Program-made: the position numbers and the translations under genes
The notes under the pieces: generated by a model
Database searches by the model: none
What the model saw: the letters and a program-made list of their open reading frames with translations, nothing else
What the model was told of the DNA's origin: nothing
Assembly (NCBI GenBank): GCA_965226495.1
Contig: OZ245365.1
Span: forward strand, 608,001-672,000
Direction: 5' to 3'
DNA: 64,000 bases
Source: Candidatus Marinacidobacterales bacterium
GTDB lineage: Bacteria > Acidobacteriota > Vicinamibacteria > Marinacidobacterales > DATDRI01
Shown here: in pieces, positions 25,501 through 28,513 of the stretch
Layout of the letters: the number at the start of each line of letters is the position of its first letter
Numbering within the stretch: position 1 is the first letter of the stretch

Positions 25501-25961
25501 GAACCGCGGCGACGCGAAGTGAGATCCTCGATGCATTCGACAGCGGAGCGTCTCTCATGAGCTACATGGGCCACGGCGCGATCCATCTTTGGGGCAATGA
25601 GAATTTGCTCAACATCTGGGATGTGGATTCACTGTCACCACAGTCTCAGCAACCTTTCCTCCTGACCATGAACTGCCTGAACGGGTACTTCCACTTCCCG
25701 TACTTCAACTCGCTATCCGAGGAACTACTCAAGGCAGAGGGCAAGGGCATCATCGCGGCCTTCTCGCCGACGGGATTCAGTCTGAACAGCCCCGCGCACC
25801 GATTCCACAAGGCTCTGCTAGATCATGTGGTGAACCAGCAGCACGAGCGATTGGGAGATGCGATCCTGGCCGGTCAGTCCGCTTATGCTCAGACGGGAGC
25901 CTTCCCCGAGCTTTTGCGTATCTACCATCTGCTGGGCGATCCGGCCCTGAGGTTGCGCTAG
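7512..25961 (+). CDS. G2: giant (~6149 aa) modular surface/secreted protein with C-terminal C25 peptidase cassette
   Basis: Uninterrupted ORF. ATG 7512 gives a signal-peptide-like MRRFVGALALAVPFLVASLPAEA|Q, and the track's TTG at 7416 lies upstream of the sigma54 site. Contains several internally repeated modules, TAVEL at 22917, and YMGHGA / MNCLNG. Confidence 0.9.
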   Translation: MRRFVGALALAVPFLVASLPAEAQDVLTQGHYRWRNDDGGEGDVDTVQVSDTADTTTVSGTYELVSGMTITPGAGDYLVWFSGSLESTAGGSTQNVSLFVDGGQITHTEREILTEGSIPDTPFTAVTHAFLPGVTAGQAINVRWRTSGGTATMHQRTLVLTKVNAADVTQVSATANDTTTSAAYTAVTGMSITPGAGDYLVWFSGSVNGDTNTTEQQVSLFVNGVQVAHTERRADQEDSLTNTYFPVGLHVRLTSVGAAEAIDVRWQTTGGTATMAERTLTVYQINPADSSQASATLDDTTVSATWTPVDSMALTPGVGDYRIWFSSSVEGTTANSVQDVALYVNGIQVAHTVRSFLLESSLTDTFQSFPVALHAYVTGVGAADVIDVRWQTSGGTATMHERTLVVDRLQSVSGATFAAAEDTKLTALTKNTLKRVRFEVSNEGAGGSGPVAYELQVAETATCSSGTYTTVPTAATGHWQVIDSSFITDGEASSNVTDGLTDEATTFVAGEAKDTGNTTGSITLASDAFTEIEFAVQALAAATNGGDYCFRLYDATNNQVLDAYSVYAEVSLAVDVLTQGHYRWRNDDGGEVAATWAAAEDTALSPLEKNTIRRVRLGVSNEGTASSGGVAYELQVAETATCSAGAYAAVPIAATGHWQVINSSFITDGEVTSNVAGGLTDDATTFVAGEAKDTGNPTSGFTLAPDEFTEIEFAVQATNNATAGGDYCFRLYDATNNEVLDTYTVYAQVTLATDVLTQGHYRWRNDDGGEGSVDNFQVSETVDTMTTGGSYELVSGMTITPGAGDYLVWFSGSLESTTGGSTQHVSLFVDTGQITHTEREVLTEGSIPDTPFTAVTHAFLPGVTAGQAINVRWRTTGGTATMHQRTLAVTRVNPADVTQVSATANDTTTSAAYTAVTGMSITPGAGDYLVWFSGSVNGNTNTTEQQVSLFVNGVQVAHTERRADQEDSLTNTYFPVALHARLTGVGAAEAIDVRWQTTGGTATMAERTLTVYQINAADSAQASATLDDTTVSATWTPVDSMALTPGAGDYLVWFSSSLEGTTANSVQDVALYVNGIQVAYTLRNFLVESSLIDTFQSFPVALHAYVTGVGAADVIDVRWQTSGGTATMHERTLVVQRVTNPSGATWAAAEDTKLTGLAKSTIKRVRLEVSNGGTGSSGAVTYELQVAETATCSAGTYTTVPTAATGHWQVIDSGFITDAEPTFNINPGLTDGATTFVSGESKDTGNTTGSITLASDAFTEIEFSVQALAAATDGGDYCFRLYDATNSQVLDTYSVYSEVQLGAPPTDVTVSASGTQTASMFIPSTDQYVGGKFVIIDNTGSRNITGITITESGTVDALNNLDNIKLFYELDTTAPYDGASESYAGGELQFGVTDTDGFSAANGTSSFTDTVAIDTTSTLVVYVVFDVGAGATPGETVEISINDPSTEVTASAGTVGPATPVAIPGTTTLTAAVTVSASGTQTASMAIPSTNQYVGGKFVIVDNTGSRNITGITITESGTVDALNNLDNIKLFYELDSTAPYDGASESYAGTESQFGVTDTTGFSAANGTSSFTDTVAINTTSTLVMYVVLDVGAGASGGETVEISINDPSTEVTASAGTVGPATPVAISGTTTLSAGSGGVIFYSVGTDNTALYSDTASASAGTLTLNSPAVDKIGVGDEIREGTNRYYITGRNSATEFTIQNSAANGGTPGDTNISFASTAITIFRAFNSLTSAEAGSTDTNHLNTADLVAGNFQVNWTCYNDAALDDMVLINGYTTGASNYIHIYTPTATSEVGTSQRHTGTAGTGFRLVPNTSTPPSQVNIIDILDDDVRLTGIEIDGSSITNAQNLAGISVDVSVSASGDIQLNKIILHDLQSQDGTGGDADVNALDIANGNLKLSNSIIYDIAQTTANANARTRGVDITGGSNHYLHNNTLFNIKNSLNTHSAYGINVGAGTVTVRNTVVLDVVSALGSEGCFNGTITQLNNVSSDTTAVGPQNQTAYATYFQNITNGSENLHLRNDSTTLWGSFGADLDADPNLPVTDDIDGDARDASTPDIGADEFTGAVGAGVVFYSVGTDNTALYSGNASASSGTLTLSSPAADRIGVGDEIREGANRYYINGRNSATEFTVQNSAANGGTPGDTNINFASTAITIFRAFNDLDTATTGSADANHLNTADLVAGDFQLNWACYNDGPDPSWRPAIEEPWVTGASNYIRLFTPTDPSQVGVSQRHTGTAGTGYRIRPVGSAIGISHFNFVFISTDNGYVRLEGIEIDGSGLTNAENIRGIYINDPAPGTGEDVRISHSLIHDLVNTTIDDSDQSKILALYVDQTNNTKISNNVVYHLLNVSTNAASETTGLDSVVGGTTHYVFNNTFYDIQSTATTQQARGIWDSVGSTLDVQNNYVGLVDSVGGLEACFVGPFANENNNVSSDATAAGTDSQTNQSAYASYFVDTTGGSENLHLINDSNTLWGSFGADLDTDPNLPVTDDIDADARDASTPDIGADEFSNPVIVTFYSVGTDNTALYSDTGSASSGTLTLNSAAVDKIGVGDEIREGANRYYITGRISATQFTIQNSAANGGTPGDTNITFGLTAITIFRAFNTLTAAEAGSLDGSHLGTANLVVSNFQLNWTCYNDTALDDTVIVNSYTTGPNNYIYIYTPTDATEVGVSQRHDGTAGTGFRMVPVINSPVGITRVLRVADDHVRITGIEIDGSSITDGQEIEGVSTANTLTAASDVRFTKLIVHDIHSENGSGSDADPIGIAIGGGNVKLSNSIIYDIVQTTAHVDADARGIRTSGGANNVYFHSNTIFNIKNTGATRFAWGIHSGGGTVTAKNTVVLDVEATSGTEGCFNGAMTQSNNVSSDATAVGPQNQTAYASYFQNITDGSEDLHLLNDSNTLWGSFGADLDSDPNLPVTDDIDAGARDATQPDIGADEFGATPCSPTIIYRSIGTSTANLADTGTASAGLGATIVTFSGVSLPTNIGQGDELTLDIGGANEILYILSRDSATQVTLQTATANDHSGGVSYTIKRAFSGVDPIQDWETARQGDLVALNRREVGVAYNDGVFVNGVDISGSVTDSCHFMRLTVAEGQRHTGVAGTGVRIDMSGEPDPLVGELETFDDYVVIEWFEVTGVTGNATFSGVRMGNFSANILLSNLILHGNENGARASGASPHSFTIRNSIIYDNNGVGIEGDEVGDTFFIDNCTIYNNLFAGVDAVFSTMTVRNTISMNNPPGSDFKASAGTLNQSNNISSDGTASGAGSLINRTATANGSPGAGDWVIFDNLTAGSKSFHLQNSVENDAIDAGTNLSFSFADDVDGEIRPAIWDVGADELFAGAASLTLADHDASQVGDRFTTTSPVTDGLFRFKLTRSGTVTIDTVKVNFTTGSGVVNGDVSAGELWIDTDNDGVIDGGDTLIQGSVTPSGGVLTFTNNVSPGTGGTNYLVRATVANLAAGDSTTFSVGTADIDEVEGGVTESGAITNAVHTQEVGAVIYYSVGTDSTALYSDTALASAGVLTLNSAAANNIGVGDEIREGANRYYITGRNSTTEFTIQDSAANGGTPGDANINFALTGITIFRAFNTLTLAEANSPDGNHLNTSDLVGSNFQLNWTCYDDTAMNDAEIVIDGWTSTGVSNYIRIYTPTDSSEVGTTQRHNGVAGSGFRLVPSNASPPSAYVVIYMFEDYVRIEGIEIDGSNISNGQDLMAVRTSSSVSPAGDYRFDYLLIHDFANSSVNQATQDGDMFIIAVREGSAKISNSILYNFEQFNNNVTSSIAAIRFEGAGTSYVHNVTIYNIKDTVGTGSCRGVDNFGGPTLTARNVAVFDVISSLDDEQCFNGVTTQSNNVSSDATAVGPQNQTAYATYFIDITDGSENLHLRNDSNTLWGSFGADLDGDPDLPVTDDIDGDARDASTPDIGADEFSSNPTTNYRSIGPVADYTTNDVTATNGSPIVIGNATAWVTANRGRGDRIQIDATDYTILSVDTNTQLTLTEPFTGATGPGKAYTISRQFDTLQEWEDCISAGVGCVYFPVTGGDLVADDRVEVGIAYDDGVFALTSTVTIDGSTTDATHTITLTADGVNRHYGVTGAGVVVDGQDFARELLILDNNVTVEWLEFIRVRGADNRAAIRVAGPVGEPSTNILLQNLLIHDFLDPGVNRVSGIRLSGDPGKSVTVRNCMIWDGDQIGIEADETTDTLIVENCSIDNMDSTVESNGTGIAAINTDVTVRNTIATSNPAGDFIATGSGGYSGASTNNTASDGTAPGASAQTAAAVDLFVAPNSNLHLISGAVAIDTAVDLSPSFSNDIDGDGRPFGLSWDRGADEFGQTYYRSIGPAPDYTTGTIDATNGSAVVTGTGTSWQTANRGRGDAITFPCPDPPTCTGGTDYTILSVDSETQLTLTAPVSGNFTGTYNVARQFDTLQEWEDCISAGVGCVYFPVTGGDLVGDNRVEVGIAYDDGAAFAELLIDDATTDANHTITLTVDPGNRHNGIAGQGVVVDLGPLGTIDAVRVRDDFVTVEWLEITGGQPTQGAEGIHVRAQSPSNQIILRNNIVHDVDGDGIVSAYEGVNIDIYNNIVYGGALNGIRINAVTPPHTGVIRILNNTVYNNALRGIRSSDAGSGKLLQNNIAHSNSPGLDFSITGTLDPASSNNLAGDASGIAHCPAGGGIDSVPLSGAGGVNFVSTVSGSEDLHITSASRAVGAAADLSGIFTDDIDGWIARQAPWDIGADEVDGAATSPTNYRSIGGAPHYTAPGTIDATGGSNVVTGTATTWLTANRGRGDVITFPCPDPPTCTGGTDYTVLSVDSNTQLTLTTPVSGNFTGTHKISRQFAALQDWETCISSGVGCVYFPVGGGDLVTDNRSEVGIAYDDGASFARVTIDGSITDANHTITLTVDPGNRHYGIAGQGVLLDNGTDTNDALRIEDDFVTVEWLEIQGGDIPSQPRGIFVANQNVPNKIIVRNNLIHEVGEDGIATLEADLVMDAYNNIIYATPDDGIQIGETLGPGAQIRLLNNTIYNCTDQGITSAVGDHSTVTLQNNIAFCTGNDFNITLPVNPASSNNLSGDGTATARSPAGGDRPNVALVDVQFVNTAGPIDLHIRSGSLLGAEDGGVDLSSVFNLDIDAGARTVLWEIGADDVEATTAVELVLFEAVGTDGAVELRWETGSELGNLGFHLYRSNTEEGPYDRITASVIPGLGSSPEGAKYAYRDSGLTNGVTYFYKLEDIETTGITELHGPVSAIPTAEVVVEGDTGGEDDSSGDELGDLTSRITYGDPSANELNVRRRGKKWMELELITEGFYAIPQDDGSVLLEVPGFEDFGGPDLPDVPAYRTWQDVLAGRRVKLASVKTSGMAEFASLRPSSSELIVVASGDGTVQTGRRRRKRRQPPHVYYPESWAQLMNVGFQGPAKKALVEMAPLRWDATAEKLVLARRIVVRIAFKGKDKAELKLGKSHREVGSHANRSVYARIAVTEPGLYGVSYESVFGNRRKAIKTSALRLSRQGVPVAFFVSPNAKKFKKKSVLYFLSDGAALNPYGHEAVYELESSSEGLQMGAVDGSPVGAPTSFYWKTLEREENLLYQAAFEGEEDIWQWDWLFGPMTNGYPFEVTNLSPVAENSKLRVWLHGASDFPEDPDHHVRLYVNGTLLTDTWWDGETPHFVEAELGPGLLQEGENTLEIEEVGDTEAQYSMVMLDRFEVSYPAQLLAEEGELKGLFSESGVATITGPRGQIGALSPPAVAQSTEGEPWGWGPKALIFDVTETEPRRISGASVVPGGLSFGVESGRHYLLTDSVKIPEVSRAQSTGLKQVWSRAEYLVIGPREFLAAAVPLLAHRRNEGLIAGAIATEDIFDEFGYGEATPESIRDFLSYVYHHWSEPTLRYVVLLGDGTYDTKDYLATGVTSQVPVKILKTRYIWTASDPWYGAINGDDILPDVAIGRLPAASVEEAERLVQKILEYESGEGDPEAPFVLVADNPDHGGDFVANAEELATTVLSGQEIDELYLSELGTAATRSEILDAFDSGASLMSYMGHGAIHLWGNENLLNIWDVDSLSPQSQQPFLLTMNCLNGYFHFPYFNSLSEELLKAEGKGIIAAFSPTGFSLNSPAHRFHKALLDHVVNQQHERLGDAILAGQSAYAQTGAFPELLRIYHLLGDPALRLR
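7584..11410 (+). repeat. Internal duplication in G2: DVLTQGHYRWRNDDGGE...YCFRLYD modules starting at 7584, 9234 and 9771
   Basis: 7584-~9230 and 9771-~11410 are highly similar at DNA level. Each holds three ~125-aa GM.ITPG.GDY..WFS subrepeats. The middle copy lacks these subrepeats. Confidence 0.9.
11430..12420 (+). repeat. Tandem pair of ~165-aa domains in G2 (VTVSASGTQTASM.IPST.QYVGGKF...GTTTL)
   Basis: Two adjacent copies near-identical in protein but with many synonymous DNA differences. Confidence 0.9.
12432..19270 (+). repeat. Beta-helix modules of the YSVGTD type in G2 (starts ~12432, 13722, 15050, 17985; another at ~60065 in G6)
   Basis: Conserved head (YSVGTD.TALYS...IGVGDEIREG.NRYYI.GR) and tail (LWGSFGADLD.DP.LPVTDDID...PDIGADEF) enclose divergent beta-helix cores. 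Confidence 0.85.
19284..22910 (+). repeat. Three YRSIG...NRGRGD beta-helix modules in G2 (19284, 20478, 21711; relatives at 2962, 41241, ~50936)
   Basis: Conserved head YRSIG..., W.T.NRGRGD, YT.LSVD..TQLTL, RQF..LQ.WE.C and tail W..GAD, with a variable core. Confidence 0.85.
24675..24749. repeat. 75-bp in-frame palindromic insertion, copy 2
   Basis: Same sequence as 5944-6018, at the same position in the G2 cassette. Confidence 0.75.
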
Positions 25962-25985
25962 AGATCCAGTCCCCCGGCCACGCAC
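25959..25985 (+). repeat. 27-bp direct repeat (stop codon + 24 nt), also at 27626-27652
   Basis: TAGAGATCCAGTCCCCCGGCCACGCAC occurs identically after G2 and after the 27456-27628 remnant. Confidence 0.95.
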
Positions 25986-25986
25986 T

Positions 25987-26352
25987 TCAAAGGAGGTCTT
26001 TACCCGTGGTGAGGGCCGTTCGGAGTAGCGGTTCCCCTTCTTGTTGGAAACGTTCCACTTCTTCATTCGTCAACACGAACAGATCGACTGCGCAGGGTAG
26101 CGGTCCCAGCGCGCGAAGCGCGGACGGGATCCGGTCGCGAGACTGATCGTGGGGACTGCTCTCTACCACGATTAGAAGATCGGCATCCGAGCGAGGTGAC
26201 GGGACCCCCGTTGTCAGAGAGCCGAAGAGGATCACTCGTTCAATCTCAGGAACCCGTTTCCGGGCACGCAACGCCGCCTGGCGAAGTTGCTCAATTCTCT
26301 CCGCTTTGTTGAGGTAGATGGCGCCGGCAGAAATCGATGATCGTTCTTGCAT
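25987..26352 (-). CDS. Minimal nucleotidyltransferase (MNT) domain protein, partner of the HEPN gene
   Basis: 121 aa with the pol-beta-type motif VILFGSLTTG...SDADLLIV and a later VDLFV. Overlaps the HEPN gene. Confidence 0.85.
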   Translation of the reverse strand: MQERSSISAGAIYLNKAERIEQLRQAALRARKRVPEIERVILFGSLTTGVPSPRSDADLLIVVESSPHDQSRDRIPSALRALGPLPCAVDLFVLTNEEVERFQQEGEPLLRTALTTGKDLL

Positions 26353-26695
26353 CGGAGATCGCTCCTTCAGCCTCTCCCCGTGTGTACAGCTTCCCGGGAT
26401 ATCCCTCGGCGAAGCCGTTAGGGTAACGAGTCGGAATGTAATGCTTGTCGAGGCGGCTGGCGGTTTCGATGATCTCCTCAGGGGCTGCGGCGTCCTTGGG
26501 CAACGCCTCTACTAGCCCGGTGACCAAATGGCCCCACGGCTCTCCTCCCCGGACCATACTAAGGGCATTGACCGTCTTTTCAGCTGCTTGTTGCGAGGCG
26601 AAGGCGGCCCACTCGTAATCCGCGTCGTCGAGGGAATGCTCCGCGTGGCGGAGATCCCGCACGCCTTGCTCCAGCCAGTCACGCCATCTGTTCAT
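26291..26695 (-). CDS. HEPN domain protein (HEPN-MNT toxin-antitoxin pair)
   Basis: MNRWRDWLEQG.RDL..A, WAAFASQQAAEK, WGH and LDKHYIPTRYP are typical HEPN motifs. Likely start is ATG 26695. Confidence 0.85.
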   Translation of the reverse strand: MNRWRDWLEQGVRDLRHAEHSLDDADYEWAAFASQQAAEKTVNALSMVRGGEPWGHLVTGLVEALPKDAAAPEEIIETASRLDKHYIPTRYPNGFAEGYPGKLYTRGEAEGAISDARTIIDFCRRHLPQQSGEN

Positions 26696-26775
26696 ATCTA
26701 ACAACTTATTATCGCATGCCACTGTGGCACACGCTAAGGCTGACCGCCGCGCGCAAAGGGGGTAGTATCAGAGGT

Positions 26776-26866
26776 CGCCAGGGAGCGCATGCTGATCCCG
26801 GAGCCTTCTCCGGGCTTCTGCGTATCTACCATCTGACTCGGTGACCGGGCGCTCAGTCTCAGGTAG
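26776..26866 (+). pseudogene. Decayed remnant of the last ~30 codons of a C25-cassette gene
   Basis: Translates as RQGAHADPGAFSGLLRIYHL(+1)LGDRALSLR*, compared with ..GAFPELLRIYHLLGDPALRLR* in G2. Confidence 0.85.
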
Positions 26867-26971
26867 TCCTCGGGCACGCTATTATCCAGAGAAACCATCT
26901 ACCGCCTGATCCAGCGCTCGGTTCCTTCCGCGGGCGGCGTTTAGAACCAAGAGTGCTATGACCGTTCGGTA

Positions 26972-27387
26972 TCAGGTGATGTTGAATCGCTTGCGGATAG
27001 CCATGACGAACGCCAGCAAATCGTCGAGGTGGTCCTCGACCACCTCTCTCAGGATGGCCAGATCGACGATCTCGTATCCGTGAACAAGTATATTGCGGAA
27101 ACCCACGATGTTCTTGAGATTCGCCACCAGGCGGTCCGGCAGAAAGCCTGCACGTTCCAGGATGTCGAATAACTCGCGGTTGGTACGAGGTTCTCCGAGG
27201 CGCTCGTCGGAAACGATGTGCGAAGCGACGTCGAGTGCCGCTTGGATTGCAATTTGAAGCGTGTGCTCGACAAAGCGCTCTTCACGGACATCACGCGAGA
27301 TTTCGGCCGGACGGCTGAGGGTTTGGAGCTCCCGAACACTGTCTCGATGAGAGCCAACTTCTTGGCTATCAGTTCGGGATCGGTCAC
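26972..27387 (-). pseudogene. DUF86/HepT-type HEPN ribonuclease toxin, frameshifted near 27339
   Basis: GTG-start MTDPELIAKKLALIET is in one frame. VRELQTL...LQIAIQAALD...GFRNILVHGY (Rx4H motif) continues in another. One added base would join them. Confidence 0.8.
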
Positions 27388-27447
27388 TTAAGCTCCTTAC
27401 GACGGTGCGCCGCCTCCCGCAGCACAATTTTAGCATGTTCATCGATG
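27384..27447 (-). pseudogene. C-terminal stub of the gene upstream of the DUF86 toxin (probably a deleted MNT antitoxin)
   Basis: Reads IDEHAKIVLREAAHRRKELK*, and its TGA overlaps the toxin GTG (GTGA coupling). Identity is inferred from position only. Confidence 0.4.
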
Positions 27448-27455
27448 TGTCGGGC

Positions 27456-27628
27456 GGCCCGGCGCACGGATTCCACAAAGCTGTACTCGCAAACGTCCTG
27501 AATCAGAACCACGAGCGTCTGGGCGACGCGATCCTTGCCGGCCAGCGTGCCTACGCACAGACGGGACTTTCCCCGAGCTTCTACGCATCTACCATCTCCT
27601 CGGCGATCCGGCCCTGCGGTTGAGATAG
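27456..27628 (+). pseudogene. Remnant of the last ~57 codons of a C25-cassette gene
   Basis: Reads GPAHGFHKAVLANVLNQNHERLGDAILAGQRAYAQTG(-1)FPELLRIYHLLGDPALRLR*, followed by the same 24 nt as G2. Confidence 0.9.
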
Positions 27629-27748
27629 AGATCCAGTCCCCCGGCCACGCACCTACTCGTTACGCCTATTCAGTGCGCATGATGAATCAGCATCCTGCGC
27701 GGCTGAAACCGGCCAAGTAGGAAGCATTTCTGGGAGGTGGACAAAAAG

Positions 27749-28015
27749 CTAATCGTAATGGGTCCACATCCGGATGACTTTGACGATGCGCTCCTTCTCG
27801 TAGACCTGATAAACGAGACGGTGTTGCACGTTAATTCGGCGCGAGTAGGCGCCAGACAGGTCACCCATGAGCTTTTCGAAACGTGGCGGGCTCCGGAACG
27901 GATCTTTCTTCAAAATGGCGAGTAGGAACTCTACCTTTGGCCGAAGTCCTGACGCTGAGACTTTCTTCGCGTCTTTCTGGGCCTGGCGGGTCATGACGAC
28001 CCGCCACTCAGTCAC
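27749..28015 (-). CDS. yoeB: Txe/YoeB family toxin (ribosome-dependent mRNase)
   Basis: 88 aa with EKLMGDLSGAYSRRINVQHRLVYQV and a terminal MWTHYD. Confidence 0.92.
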   Translation of the reverse strand: MTEWRVVMTRQAQKDAKKVSASGLRPKVEFLLAILKKDPFRSPPRFEKLMGDLSGAYSRRINVQHRLVYQVYEKERIVKVIRMWTHYD

Positions 28016-28254
28016 CAGTCCAATTCCTCAGCGCAGTCTTCCAATCTGGTAGCGAGACCCTCACGAATCGATTCCCGCATGTTGGGAATCGAGAGGAGAT
28101 AGACCGTTTCTTGGAGCGCGCGCCAGTCATCTTCCGATACGAGGATGGCATTGGCTCTCTTACCACTGATCTGGATGACCTCGCTCGAAACAGCCACTTC
28201 ATCCAGCAAGCGGTAGAGGTTTTGCCTTGCCTTGGTTGCGGTGATGCTCTTCAT
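28012..28254 (-). CDS. yefM: Phd/YefM family antitoxin
   Basis: MKSITATKARQNLYRLLDEV...NAILVSEDDWRALQETVYLLSIPNMRESIREG. AGGAGG RBS upstream and a 4-bp overlap with yoeB. Confidence 0.92.
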   Translation of the reverse strand: MKSITATKARQNLYRLLDEVAVSSEVIQISGKRANAILVSEDDWRALQETVYLLSIPNMRESIREGLATRLEDCAEELDW

Positions 28255-28273
28255 CAATCCTCCTATTTCATGT

Positions 28274-28302
28274 ATCGTACGCTAAAGCGTACGTGTCGTC
28301 AA
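28274..28302 (-). promoter_or_regulatory. sigma70-type promoter and palindromic operator of yefM-yoeB
   Basis: Minus strand TTGACG-17 nt-TACGAT, overlapped by the inverted repeat CGTACGCT-AA-AGCGTACG (28276-28293). Confidence 0.75.
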
Positions 28303-28383
28303 GGGCAGTGTGTCCCATCGCCTTCGACAAGGCCTCACGCTTGGGGCGCCGAACCCCTACCCATGGGGAAGTTAGTCCCGAGC

Positions 28384-28486
28384 GTGGCTGATTCCCCACG
28401 TGCCGCGCGACTCTGACGGCGGTCATCCCGGTAAATACCTGATTCAAAAGCCCTAAGTTGCACTCATCGGCGGCATCACAATTGCT
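28384..28486 (+). promoter_or_regulatory. sigma54 promoter of G3 with IHF-like site and upstream 16-bp motif
   Basis: CGGCAT-CACAA-TTGCT at 28471-28486, TAAATACCTGATT at 28432-28444, GTGGCTGATTCCCCAC at 28384-28399. Confidence 0.7.
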
Positions 28487-28513
28487 TTAATTCGGGTGAT
28501 GGAAGTGCGTTCG

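Noticed and set aside
26867-26944. Short stretch translating as LSRETIYRLIQR, reminiscent of an excisionase-type helix-turn-helix
   Set aside because: Only about 12 residues with no start codon or context, so it could be chance.
25962-28300. Integron attC sites or insertion-sequence ends around the TA modules
   Set aside because: I found no convincing RYYYAAC...GTTRRRY attC structures, terminal inverted repeats, integrase or transposase.
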